Of a stretch of DNA of 58,270 bases, positions 19,191 through 27,681 are shown one piece after another. The translations under genes were made by a program, and so were the position numbers. The first letter of the stretch is position 1, and each line of letters begins with the position of its first letter. Below the pieces are notes generated by a model. The model saw only the letters and a list, made by a program, of their open reading frames with translations, was not told the DNA's origin and did not search any database. The stretch is from an uncultured Candidatus Saccharibacteria bacterium (GTDB lineage Bacteria > Patescibacteriota > Minisyncoccia > UBA9983): NCBI GenBank assembly GCA_964438405.1, contig CAYTKF010000003.1:1-58270 (forward strand), read 5' to 3'.

Positions 19191-20060
19191 ATGGACGATA
19201 TAAAAAATAAAATTGCGGAATTGGAGGTAGAAATGCTGAAGCCGGATTTTTGGAAAGACAAAGAACGGGCGCAGAAAGTTATTAGGGAAATTAAAGAATT
19301 GAAAGAAGGGGCTCTTGGCGCGGGAAAATATGACAAAGGCGACGCAGTTTTAACGCTTTTTTCCGGAGCCGGAGGCGATGATGCCGAAGATTGGACGCGT
19401 ATGCTTTTTGAAATGTATGAAAAATACTCAACTAGACGCGGCTGGCCTGTAAAAATTCTCCACGGCCACAAAAGCGAATCAGATGGATATAAAAATATTA
19501 CTTTTGAAGTGCGGGGCAAAAATGTTTATGGCGCGCTTAAAAACGAATCAGGCGTTCATCGCCTGGTGCGTATCTCTCCGTTTTCTGCAAAAAAACTTAG
19601 ACATACCTCTTTTGCGCTTTTGGAAGTTGTGCCGAAATTTGTCGCGCCGGAAGAGGTTGAAATTTCCGATAAAGATATTAAAATAGAATTAAGCAGGTCA
19701 TCGGGCCCAGGCGGGCAGAATGTAAATAAAAGAGAGACTGCTGTGCGCATTGTGCATCTAGCGACAAATATCGCTGTTCATATAGATTCAGAACGTTCCC
19801 AGCAGCAAAATAAAGAAAGGGCCATGGAATTGTTAAAGTCAAAACTTTACAGACAAAAAGTTTTACAGGAAGAAGAAGAAAAAAATTTCATGCGCATCAG
19901 CAAGACCACAGAGGCAGAATGGGGAAGCCAAATACGTTCTTATGTTTTGCATCCTTACAAGATGGTCAAAGACCACAGGACAGAAGTTGAAACAGCGGAC
20001 GTGGAGGCCGTGCTCAACGGAGATTTGGATAAATTTATAGAAGCGGAAAAAACATTATAA
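19191..20060 (+). CDS. prfB: Peptide chain release factor 2 (short form, no frameshift)
   Basis: SPF anticodon mimic (RISPF), GGQ (SGPGGQNVNK), WGSQIRSYVLHPY. Confidence 0.93.
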   Translation: MDDIKNKIAELEVEMLKPDFWKDKERAQKVIREIKELKEGALGAGKYDKGDAVLTLFSGAGGDDAEDWTRMLFEMYEKYSTRRGWPVKILHGHKSESDGYKNITFEVRGKNVYGALKNESGVHRLVRISPFSAKKLRHTSFALLEVVPKFVAPEEVEISDKDIKIELSRSSGPGGQNVNKRETAVRIVHLATNIAVHIDSERSQQQNKERAMELLKSKLYRQKVLQEEEEKNFMRISKTTEAEWGSQIRSYVLHPYKMVKDHRTEVETADVEAVLNGDLDKFIEAEKTL

Positions 20061-20740
20061 TGATTTTTTTTGATAAAGTTTCAAAAATATATTCGCCGAC
20101 ATCAACCGCCCTAGACGATGTCAGTTTGGCAATTGAACCCAAAGAATTTATTTCTATTGTCGGACAATCGGGCGCGGGCAAAACCACGCTTTTAAAATTG
20201 CTTTTGGCGGAAGAACAGCCCACATCGGGCAAAGTTTTTTTTGAATCAGTTGATATCAATACCATTCCCCACAGAAAAATGTCTGAATTCAGAAGAAAAA
20301 TCGGCACGGTCTTTGAAGATTTTCGCCTTCTTTCCAATAAAACCGCCTATGAGAATATCGCCTTTGCCATGGAGGCAGCCGGCAGAACACCGGAAGAAAT
20401 AGAAACAGATGTGCCGCAGGTTTTGGAGCTTACAAATTTGGTGGAGAGAGGATGGCATTTCCCGGACGAGCTTTCAAGGGGAGAGCGCCAGCGCGTTGCA
20501 ATTGCGCGAGCAATTATCAACCAGCCTGACGTGATTATTGCTGACGAGCCCACAGGCAATCTTGACCCGTTAAATACCTGGGAAATCATAAATATTTTAA
20601 AAAAGATAAACGAGCTGGGCACAACAGTAATTTTGGCAACGCATAATAAATCAGTGATAGATTCTCTTGGCAAGCGAGTCGTAACCATGGAAAAGGGTAA
20701 GATTATACGCGATGACAAAGAAGGTCGTTATATTGTATAA
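20060..20740 (+). CDS. ftsE: Cell division ATP-binding protein FtsE
   Basis: GQSGAGKTT, IIADEPTGNLD, ATH; adjacent to ftsX. Q-loop and signature motifs are atypical. Confidence 0.9.
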   Translation: MIFFDKVSKIYSPTSTALDDVSLAIEPKEFISIVGQSGAGKTTLLKLLLAEEQPTSGKVFFESVDINTIPHRKMSEFRRKIGTVFEDFRLLSNKTAYENIAFAMEAAGRTPEEIETDVPQVLELTNLVERGWHFPDELSRGERQRVAIARAIINQPDVIIADEPTGNLDPLNTWEIINILKKINELGTTVILATHNKSVIDSLGKRVVTMEKGKIIRDDKEGRYIV

Positions 20741-20747
20741 TAAAAAG

Positions 20748-21668
20748 ATGGTTTGGATAAAAATAAAAAGAATTTTAAAATCAGGGTTCGTTAATTTTTG
20801 GAGAAACGGCTGGATTTCTCTGGCCACGATTTTGATAATGGTCATCACCCTTTTTACCATCGGTTCTCTCATCTTTTCCCGCGCCATTTTGGGCTCAATG
20901 ATTTCCCAGATACAGGACAAGGTTGATATCACTGTTTATTTTAAAACAAGCGCCCAGGAGCAGGATATTACAGCCTTTCAGAACCAGATTTCCAAACTGG
21001 GCGAGGTTAAAAGTGTAGAGTATATTTCTAGTGACCAGGCCCTGCAGGATTTTAAAGAACGGCACAAAGACAATGCCACAATAACCCAGTCGCTGGATGA
21101 GCTGGGAACTAATCCTCTTGGCGCCATGCTCAACATCAAAGCCAAAGAACCGTCTCAGTATGAGGCAGTGGCAAAATTTTTAGAGAATCAGACGAGTACT
21201 GGAAACGGTTCCATCATAGATAAAATAAATTATTTCCAGAACAAAATGGTCATTGACCGTTTAACAAAAATTTTGGACTCAGCCAAAAAGATGGGCGCTG
21301 TTTTGAGTATAGTTTTGATAATTATTTCTGTTCTCATCACATTCAACACTCTGCGTCTGGCGATTTATATTTCGCGCGAGGAAATAGGTGTGATGCGGCT
21401 GGTTGGCGCAAGTAGTAAATTTATCAGCGGGCCGTTTATGGTGGAGGGAATTATGTACGGAGTGATATCAGCCATCATTACTATGGTTTTGTTTTATCCC
21501 ATCTGCTACTGGCTTGGTTCAGTAACCGAGAGCTTTTTCTCCAGCGTTAATCTCTTTCATTATTACATTGCTAACTTTGGTCAGATATTTTTGGTTCTTC
21601 TTTTCACTGGTGTCGTCCTGGGCACTCTCTCAAGCTTCATAGCAATCAGAAGGTATTTGAAGATATAA
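20748..21668 (+). CDS. ftsX: Cell division permease FtsX
   Basis: NFWRNGW, four TM segments, NTLRLAIYISREEIGVMRLVGAS..FISGPF. Start MVWIK (20748) preferred over 20712. Confidence 0.92.
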   Translation: MVWIKIKRILKSGFVNFWRNGWISLATILIMVITLFTIGSLIFSRAILGSMISQIQDKVDITVYFKTSAQEQDITAFQNQISKLGEVKSVEYISSDQALQDFKERHKDNATITQSLDELGTNPLGAMLNIKAKEPSQYEAVAKFLENQTSTGNGSIIDKINYFQNKMVIDRLTKILDSAKKMGAVLSIVLIIISVLITFNTLRLAIYISREEIGVMRLVGASSKFISGPFMVEGIMYGVISAIITMVLFYPICYWLGSVTESFFSSVNLFHYYIANFGQIFLVLLFTGVVLGTLSSFIAIRRYLKI

Positions 21669-21670
21669 AA

Positions 21671-21828
21671 TTATAACCCTAGCAGTTTATAGGCAAGCAT
21701 TACTGGCCAGACAATGGTCTTGAGAATGCCCAATACACCGGCCCAAAAACCATCTGCCTACTGAATAAAATAAACCACCGCACCTATTAAACCTAAACTG
21801 TACACCGCACCGGAACCACACTTTTCAT
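21671..21828 (-). pseudogene. Decayed small two-TM membrane protein gene
   Basis: ATGAAAAG then TGT GGT...: a -1 frameshift in an A-run plus an in-frame TAG (21758-60). Reconstructed: M(K)KCGSGAVYSLGLIGAVVYFIQ*ADGFWAGVLGILKTIVWPVMLAYKLLGL*. Confidence 0.7.
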
Positions 21829-21861
21829 AAAAATTTTGTTAATTAATAATGTTTTAAAACA

Positions 21862-22470
21862 CTAAGAGATTTTTGTTTTTATATAATCTGTAATTTCTTG
21901 AATGGCTTGTTTTACATCTTTATTAAAAGCATCGTCATTATTTTCATCTCCATATCCTTTATCATAAATAATATCGTGAATTTCCATAATTTTTTTTGTT
22001 CTGAACTCTGGTGGTTGAAAATTTTGTTTTAAAGCTATATTAAGTTCAATAACTTTTTTATGTAATGGCTCTATTAAATTTGAAATATTTGGTCCCCAGA
22101 GTACTTCAGCTGCCAATAGATGTGATTCCATTTCAATATCAGCATCTCTAATTTCTTCCCATCTCATTTCGTATGTATATGCGTTTAAATCTTTTTTTAT
22201 TTCTTCTTCTGTTTTATCAGGATACTTGGTTTTGGAATATTGTGTTGCCTTATAAAATTCAGAAGGAAGAATAAAGGGGTCTCGAACATGTTTAATGGCA
22301 TTTCTGAGTTTAAGTATTGAATAATGAAGATTATAGGCAATATTAAATTCTTTTGTTCCCTTAATCTGTTTTTTCCATGTAGCAAGTCCCATGCCAGCAA
22401 TTATCAATCCGGCAGCCGCGAAGATAAACGTAAATATATCTTTAATAATAAGGTATGTAGGATTTTCCAT
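21862..22470 (-). CDS. Hypothetical protein with one N-terminal TM helix (tRNA-adjacent islet)
   Basis: 202-aa ORF, very AT-rich, TM then GLATWKKQ; directly downstream of tRNA-Gln. Confidence 0.75.
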   Translation of the reverse strand: MENPTYLIIKDIFTFIFAAAGLIIAGMGLATWKKQIKGTKEFNIAYNLHYSILKLRNAIKHVRDPFILPSEFYKATQYSKTKYPDKTEEEIKKDLNAYTYEMRWEEIRDADIEMESHLLAAEVLWGPNISNLIEPLHKKVIELNIALKQNFQPPEFRTKKIMEIHDIIYDKGYGDENNDDAFNKDVKQAIQEITDYIKTKIS

Positions 22471-22517
22471 AAATATTACTTAATGATAAATTTGATTTCA
22501 AAAATCGTATTCCTTTT

Positions 22518-22588
22518 CTGCGGGATAGGGATTCGGACCCCAATTTTTTGGTTCAGAGCCAAACGTCCTACCATTAGACGATCCCGCA
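22518..22588 (-). tRNA. tRNA-Gln(CTG)
   Basis: U1-A72 acceptor TGCGGGA/TCCCGCA, TTTGG-CTCTGAA-CCAAA; T-loop TCCGAAT. Confidence 0.93.
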
Positions 22589-22644
22589 ATAGTTTATTTC
22601 TATCACAAAAATTTTTATTTTTCAAACCCTCTTTTGGCTAAAAA

Positions 22645-22673
22645 TTGTCAATGCCAGATAATTTTGGTATAAT
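22645..22673 (+). promoter_or_regulatory. Sigma70 promoter for the methyltransferase-kinase operon
   Basis: TTGTCA-17nt-TATAAT, 7 nt before ATG 22681. Confidence 0.72.
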
Positions 22674-22680
22674 AAATCCA

Positions 22681-23574
22681 ATGACCATTGATTCTAATCC
22701 AGCATTAAAATACGAATATCAAGGAAAATGGAAATTTTTTTTGATGCCGGTTTTGGAGTATCCAATTACTTTTTGGGTGGCATTTAAAAAATTGTTTAAC
22801 GGCGGAAAATTAAAAACAAATTGTTTTTGGATTGACGGAATAAGTCCGATTTGTAGAAACATAAAAGAAAATGCCACTAATTGGCGTGCACTGGACACAA
22901 TTTACAATTATGAGCCCAAAAACGGAAATTTTGTTGATTCCATAACAAGATTTTGGATGGAAAATGTAGTAAACGTAAAAGCCGTTCGCAATCGCTTAAA
23001 ACTGATAAAAGAAAAATTACATCAAGCGATTGAGGAAATTTTATCAAAAAATAAAGAGGTTAAAATACTTTCAATAGCTAGCGGTTCAGCACAGGGTTTA
23101 ATAGAAATTATATCGGAATTTAAACAAAAAAATATTTTTATTAAAGCTCTTCTTATTGATTTAGATCCAACGGCAATAGAAAATAGTAGAAAGTTGGCGC
23201 AGGAAAATGGAGTTTTGGGACAAATAAGTTTTGCGAACAAAAACGCACATAATCTTGAAGAGGCGGTTGGAAATTTTAAACCAAATATAATTGAAATGGT
23301 TGGTTTTTTAGAATACAGGTCAAAAGAAAAAGCGATAAAATTAATTCAAAGAATTCATAATATCCTTGAAACAGATGGGATTTTTCTAACCAGTAATTTG
23401 AAAAACAATCTTGAGCGATCATTTCTAAATTTTGTTATTGATTGGCCGATGGTTTACCGTTCGCCAGAGGAATTTGCTAAGGTTTTAGAAAATGGGGATT
23501 TTTCTCCAGAAAATTTTGAAATTATTTACGAGCCATTAAAAATTCACGGCGTAGCAATTTGTAAAAAGTTATAA
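22681..23574 (+). CDS. Class I SAM-dependent methyltransferase (PhcB-like)
   Basis: ILSIASGSA motif I, LLIDLD motif II, VGFLEY, LTSN, IDWPMVYRS. Start set by the promoter. Confidence 0.75.
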   Translation: MTIDSNPALKYEYQGKWKFFLMPVLEYPITFWVAFKKLFNGGKLKTNCFWIDGISPICRNIKENATNWRALDTIYNYEPKNGNFVDSITRFWMENVVNVKAVRNRLKLIKEKLHQAIEEILSKNKEVKILSIASGSAQGLIEIISEFKQKNIFIKALLIDLDPTAIENSRKLAQENGVLGQISFANKNAHNLEEAVGNFKPNIIEMVGFLEYRSKEKAIKLIQRIHNILETDGIFLTSNLKNNLERSFLNFVIDWPMVYRSPEEFAKVLENGDFSPENFEIIYEPLKIHGVAICKKL

Positions 23575-23585
23575 AATAAATAATT

Positions 23586-25214
23586 ATGTTATCTTATGCG
23601 TTTTCGGGATTAATTAATGGAATAGTAAGCCTTCTTTTTGGTATTCTTGTTTACTTCGGGAATAAAAAGGCAGAATTAAATAAAAAGTTTGTTATTTTGT
23701 GCTCCGTGGTTTTTGTGTGGAGTTTTGGTTATTTTTTCTGGCAGATTTCGGATAATACGGGATCGGCGCTATTTTGGTCAAGGGTTTTAATGATAGGAGC
23801 GATTTTTATACCGGTTACATATTTTCATTTTGTCTTGGTTTTTCTGAATAAACTGAAAGAAAATAGAAAACTTTTAACTTTTATATATATTCTTTCTTTT
23901 GTTTTTTTAATTCTAAATTTTACTCCGTTGTTTGTTAAAAATGTAGAACCAATTTTATCGTTTCCTTATTGGCCCAAAGCAGGGCTTGCCTACGGCCCAT
24001 TTGTTTTTATGTTTGTCGCTCTTGGAATTTACTGTTGGTATTTAATGCTTCGGGCGCTTAAGAAATCAACGGGCGTAGAAAAATTACAGATAAAATATGT
24101 TTTTTGGGGAACATTAATAGGTTACAGCGCCGGAATTACAAATTATTTTTTGTGGTACAATATTCCGATTCCGCCGCTTGGCAATTGGATTTGTTCAATT
24201 TACATAATATCAATGGCTTATGCTGTTTTGAAACATCACCTAATGAATATTAAAGTTATTGCTACTGAACTATTTGGCGGAGCGCTGATTCTTGTTTTCT
24301 TGTTTAATCTTTTTCTTTCCCAAAACAGTAGTGATTTTTGGGTAAAACTTATATTGCTTATTTTTGTTTCTGTTTCTGGCATTCTTTTTATCCGTTCCGT
24401 TTGGCAGGAAGTGCGAACGCGCGAGGAGAAAGAAAAGCTGGCAGAGGATTTGGCTGTTGCCAATACAGAGTTGGCCAAGGCCAATGAGCGGTTGAAGGAA
24501 CTGGATAAGGCCAAGTCGGAATTTGTGACCATTGCCTCGCACCAGTTGCGCACGCCCATTACTGCCATTAAAGGTTATTCCTCTATGCTTCTTGAGGAAA
24601 CATACGGAAAATTTTCAGAACAGATGAAAAAACCGCTGGAAAATATTTTTGAATCAGCCAACCGCATGGTCCATATGATTGGCAATTATCTCACCTTGAG
24701 CAGGATAGAAAGGGGTAAAATAGAATATATGTTTCAGAAAGCCGACCTCAAAGAAATAGTAGATTCAGTTTTTGATGAATTTAAAGTTGTGAACGAAAAA
24801 CAGAAAAACGGCAAGAATCTTGATTTGAGTTTGGACATTGCTGAAGGCGAAGATTTTAATTTGAACATTGACGCGGAAAAAATAAGAGAGGTTGTTTACA
24901 ATATCATGGATAACGCCATGAAGTACACTCATCAGGGCTTTATCAAGATTTTTCTTTCCAAAAGCGCTGACAAGAGTAAGACTGTTTTGAAAATTCAGGA
25001 TTCTGGTATTGGCATGAACAAAGAGGCAATGGCCAAGCTTTTCCAGAAATTCAGCCAGGCCGGGCAGGGCAACGGCAACGGCGGTGCCGCGCCTGGCATG
25101 GGACTGGGGCTTTACGTGGCGCAGGAAATAATAAAGGCGCACAACGGCAGAATCTGGGCAGAGTCCGAAGGCGATGGCAAGGGAAGCACGTTTTTAATAG
25201 AACTGCCGGTATGA
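23586..25214 (+). CDS. Sensor histidine kinase with an N-terminal multi-pass (about 7 TM) domain
   Basis: H-box ASHQLRTP, N-box NIMDNAMKYT, G1 DSGIG, G2 GMGLGL; hydrophobic N-terminal half. Confidence 0.94.
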   Translation: MLSYAFSGLINGIVSLLFGILVYFGNKKAELNKKFVILCSVVFVWSFGYFFWQISDNTGSALFWSRVLMIGAIFIPVTYFHFVLVFLNKLKENRKLLTFIYILSFVFLILNFTPLFVKNVEPILSFPYWPKAGLAYGPFVFMFVALGIYCWYLMLRALKKSTGVEKLQIKYVFWGTLIGYSAGITNYFLWYNIPIPPLGNWICSIYIISMAYAVLKHHLMNIKVIATELFGGALILVFLFNLFLSQNSSDFWVKLILLIFVSVSGILFIRSVWQEVRTREEKEKLAEDLAVANTELAKANERLKELDKAKSEFVTIASHQLRTPITAIKGYSSMLLEETYGKFSEQMKKPLENIFESANRMVHMIGNYLTLSRIERGKIEYMFQKADLKEIVDSVFDEFKVVNEKQKNGKNLDLSLDIAEGEDFNLNIDAEKIREVVYNIMDNAMKYTHQGFIKIFLSKSADKSKTVLKIQDSGIGMNKEAMAKLFQKFSQAGQGNGNGGAAPGMGLGLYVAQEIIKAHNGRIWAESEGDGKGSTFLIELPV

Positions 25215-25843
25215 ACAAACAGGATTATTTTGTCGGGCTTAGCGAGCGCGAGTTGAAAATTTTTAAAAAACTTTCCACCCCGGGAAAAATACAGGATTTT
25301 CTGGAAAAAATTCCCATTAATTTTGATTACGAAAAAGACACTCTTATTTCGCCCCTAATGATTCTTCGCAAAAACAAGGCCTATTGCATAGGAGGCGCGA
25401 TTTTTGCCGCAGCCGTTCTTTTTTTCCACGGTCACAAGCCTTTGCTTCTTGATTTAAAATCAACGAGCAATGATTCCGACCACGTTTTGGCTCTTTTCAA
25501 AAAAAACAAAAAATGGGGCGCCATAAGCAAGACCAATCATGCTGTTCTCCGCTATCGCGAGCCGATTTACAAAAGTGTCCGCGAACTGGCCATGTCATTC
25601 TTTCACGAATATTTTGATGATAAAGGAAAGAAAAATCTAAGAAGCTTTTCCAAACCTCTCAATATTTTAAGTTTAAAAAGAAAAGATTGGATTACATCTG
25701 GAAAAGATATTTGGGAAATTGCCGAGGCTCTTGATAAACAGCCCCACTGCAATATTCTTACAAAAGAAGAAATTGCCCTCTTACGGAGGGCCGACCCGAT
25801 TGAGATTGAGGCAGGGAAGATAACGCGCTGGAAGAAAATTTAA
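25211..25843 (+). CDS. Conserved hypothetical protein, transglutaminase/papain-like fold
   Basis: TPGKIQDFL, AYCIGGA (Cys), DHVLALF (His), WGAISKTNH; ATGA overlap with the kinase. Confidence 0.6.
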   Translation: MNKQDYFVGLSERELKIFKKLSTPGKIQDFLEKIPINFDYEKDTLISPLMILRKNKAYCIGGAIFAAAVLFFHGHKPLLLDLKSTSNDSDHVLALFKKNKKWGAISKTNHAVLRYREPIYKSVRELAMSFFHEYFDDKGKKNLRSFSKPLNILSLKRKDWITSGKDIWEIAEALDKQPHCNILTKEEIALLRRADPIEIEAGKITRWKKI

Positions 25844-27681
25844 AATAATTTTTTTGCCTCGTTCCAATAGGTCGGGTCATTATTTTTTTCTTTCATCCAA
25901 TACCACCATTCAGCGCCCCAGAGATAAAATTCGTTTAACCCAGTTTTTTTTGCAAACTCAATATTTTCTTTAAAAATTTCCAAAGACATTGTTTTTTTCT
26001 CCTCTTCCAACGGCAAATCGTATAACAGCACCCGGCCCCATGGCTCAGCCTGCAATTCTATGCAGATAACATTTTTATGGAAAAATTTTTCTATAATCCA
26101 GGTTTTAAATCTGTAAAAAAATGGGGGAAAGGGATATCTTATATAGATTTTAAGCGGTTTGAACCATGTTCTTGTATACATTGTTATGCCCACAATATCA
26201 GCGATTTTTGCAGTTTTAAACCAGCTTGACCACTCACCTGAGTCGGAAATAATCACCGGCCGTTTATACGGGTCAAGTTGACGTACAAGATTCGCCTCTT
26301 TTTTTAAAAAATTTTCATCATACCACGGGCATTCGCCGAATTGGAAAAGTGGTTCGTTTTCAACCTGCCATGCCAATATTGTATTTTTGTAATTTTCTCC
26401 GGAGTATCTATTTATAATTTTTGCCAGCTCCGCCAAAATTTCTTTTTGCTGTTCTTCTTTGGATAAATTTTTTGCCCAGTCCGGTATGTGACATTCTGGC
26501 CAACGGCTTGTCTTCATGCCTATAACTGGTATGATTTCTGCTCCGCGCTTTTGCGCTTCGTTGAGCTGCCAGTCGGTGTCGTCAAAAACAAATTTATCTT
26601 TTTCCGGCTCTGTCATATCCCAGTCAACAGCTGTTTTTATTTTTTTAACATTCATATCGTCAAGAAGGCTAAGATAGTTTGCCCTCCAGTCAAGGCCGAA
26701 GTTTTGAGAATGTTTCTGGGAAAAATTGACTCCCCATGAAATTTTTTGCGAATTATTTGTATTTGGCATAAACAAAAAAATAAGGCCGATAATTATTAAT
26801 ATTATGGAAATTATTTTTTGTATTATTATTTTACCAGAAATCTTTTCTTTCAGCCCATGCTCTTTTGACCAGAGCGGGAATATTAGAGATATTAAACCGG
26901 TAATGATTAAAAGAAAGACATATTGCGTTCCCTGCAGGGCGTTAATTATCGCAACAAAAGAGAGCGGAGCTATGGCTACAGCCCAGTTCTGCAAAAGATT
27001 AGCTCCAGCCCCGCCAGCCTGATTGATAAAAAATATTACAACATTTCCCTTTTTAGCCCGAAAAGAATCCCTAAGCACCGAATTTCTTATTTTCCCGGAG
27101 AGGACAAACAAAAACAGCGCTGTCAGCCCGCTGCCTATTTTAATCCAAAAAAGTGCATTCCAAAGGCCCTGGCCTAAAAATGCGTATTTGCTAAAAACAA
27201 AAGAAAGCGCAAAGAAAAATGCCGCAACACCAGCCAGCCAAAAACTTTTTAAACTAATTTTTTTCTCTAAAGTTATTAATATACTGCCGATGACAAGAAG
27301 TATAAATGCCAATCCCGCGGAAAAAGATAAAGTCTCTTTTCCTCTGGAAAATATAAAAACAAAAAGAAAAGTAAAAATCGGCACGAGCCCGCCAATGGCC
27401 GGAATGATACGCGACGCTTCAAATTTCTTCAGCCCCGTGAACAGCCACAAAGTTCCCAAAACAAAACTTGCCCCAGAGGCAAAACTAAAAAATATCTGCT
27501 GGTTGCTTGGCAGATAAATGCCGAAAACAGGTATGAGTAAAAGTATAAGCAAACTCAAAATGCTGATATAAAAAGCATAAGCTCCCGGCTCAGGCACAGC
27601 CTTGGCAAGCAAATATTTGTCTATCAAAAAGACGACTGCAAGAATAAAATATGAAGATATGGCGATAATCAACCAGAGCAT
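25840..27681 (-). CDS. Fusion of an EamA/DMT transporter domain and a clan GH-A glycoside hydrolase-like domain
   Basis: About 10 TM helices in the N-terminal 300 aa; then WGVNFS, WQVENEP (acid/base), IELQAEPW (nucleophile), YLWGAEWW. Confidence 0.75.
   Translation of the reverse strand: MLWLIIAISSYFILAVVFLIDKYLLAKAVPEPGAYAFYISILSLLILLLIPVFGIYLPSNQQIFFSFASGASFVLGTLWLFTGLKKFEASRIIPAIGGLVPIFTFLFVFIFSRGKETLSFSAGLAFILLVIGSILITLEKKISLKSFWLAGVAAFFFALSFVFSKYAFLGQGLWNALFWIKIGSGLTALFLFVLSGKIRNSVLRDSFRAKKGNVVIFFINQAGGAGANLLQNWAVAIAPLSFVAIINALQGTQYVFLLIITGLISLIFPLWSKEHGLKEKISGKIIIQKIISIILIIIGLIFLFMPNTNNSQKISWGVNFSQKHSQNFGLDWRANYLSLLDDMNVKKIKTAVDWDMTEPEKDKFVFDDTDWQLNEAQKRGAEIIPVIGMKTSRWPECHIPDWAKNLSKEEQQKEILAELAKIINRYSGENYKNTILAWQVENEPLFQFGECPWYDENFLKKEANLVRQLDPYKRPVIISDSGEWSSWFKTAKIADIVGITMYTRTWFKPLKIYIRYPFPPFFYRFKTWIIEKFFHKNVICIELQAEPWGRVLLYDLPLEEEKKTMSLEIFKENIEFAKKTGLNEFYLWGAEWWYWMKEKNNDPTYWNEAKKLF

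Noticed and set aside
19037-19519. 160-aa minus-strand ORF
   Set aside because: Antisense to prfB, a REP and tRNA-Thr; no protein motif.
21758-21760. Stop-codon reassignment suggested by an in-frame TAG
   Set aside because: The same gene also has a frameshift, and TAG and TGA terminate intact genes elsewhere (for example 49176-78 and 7561-63 region genes end normally). A pseudogene is the simpler explanation.
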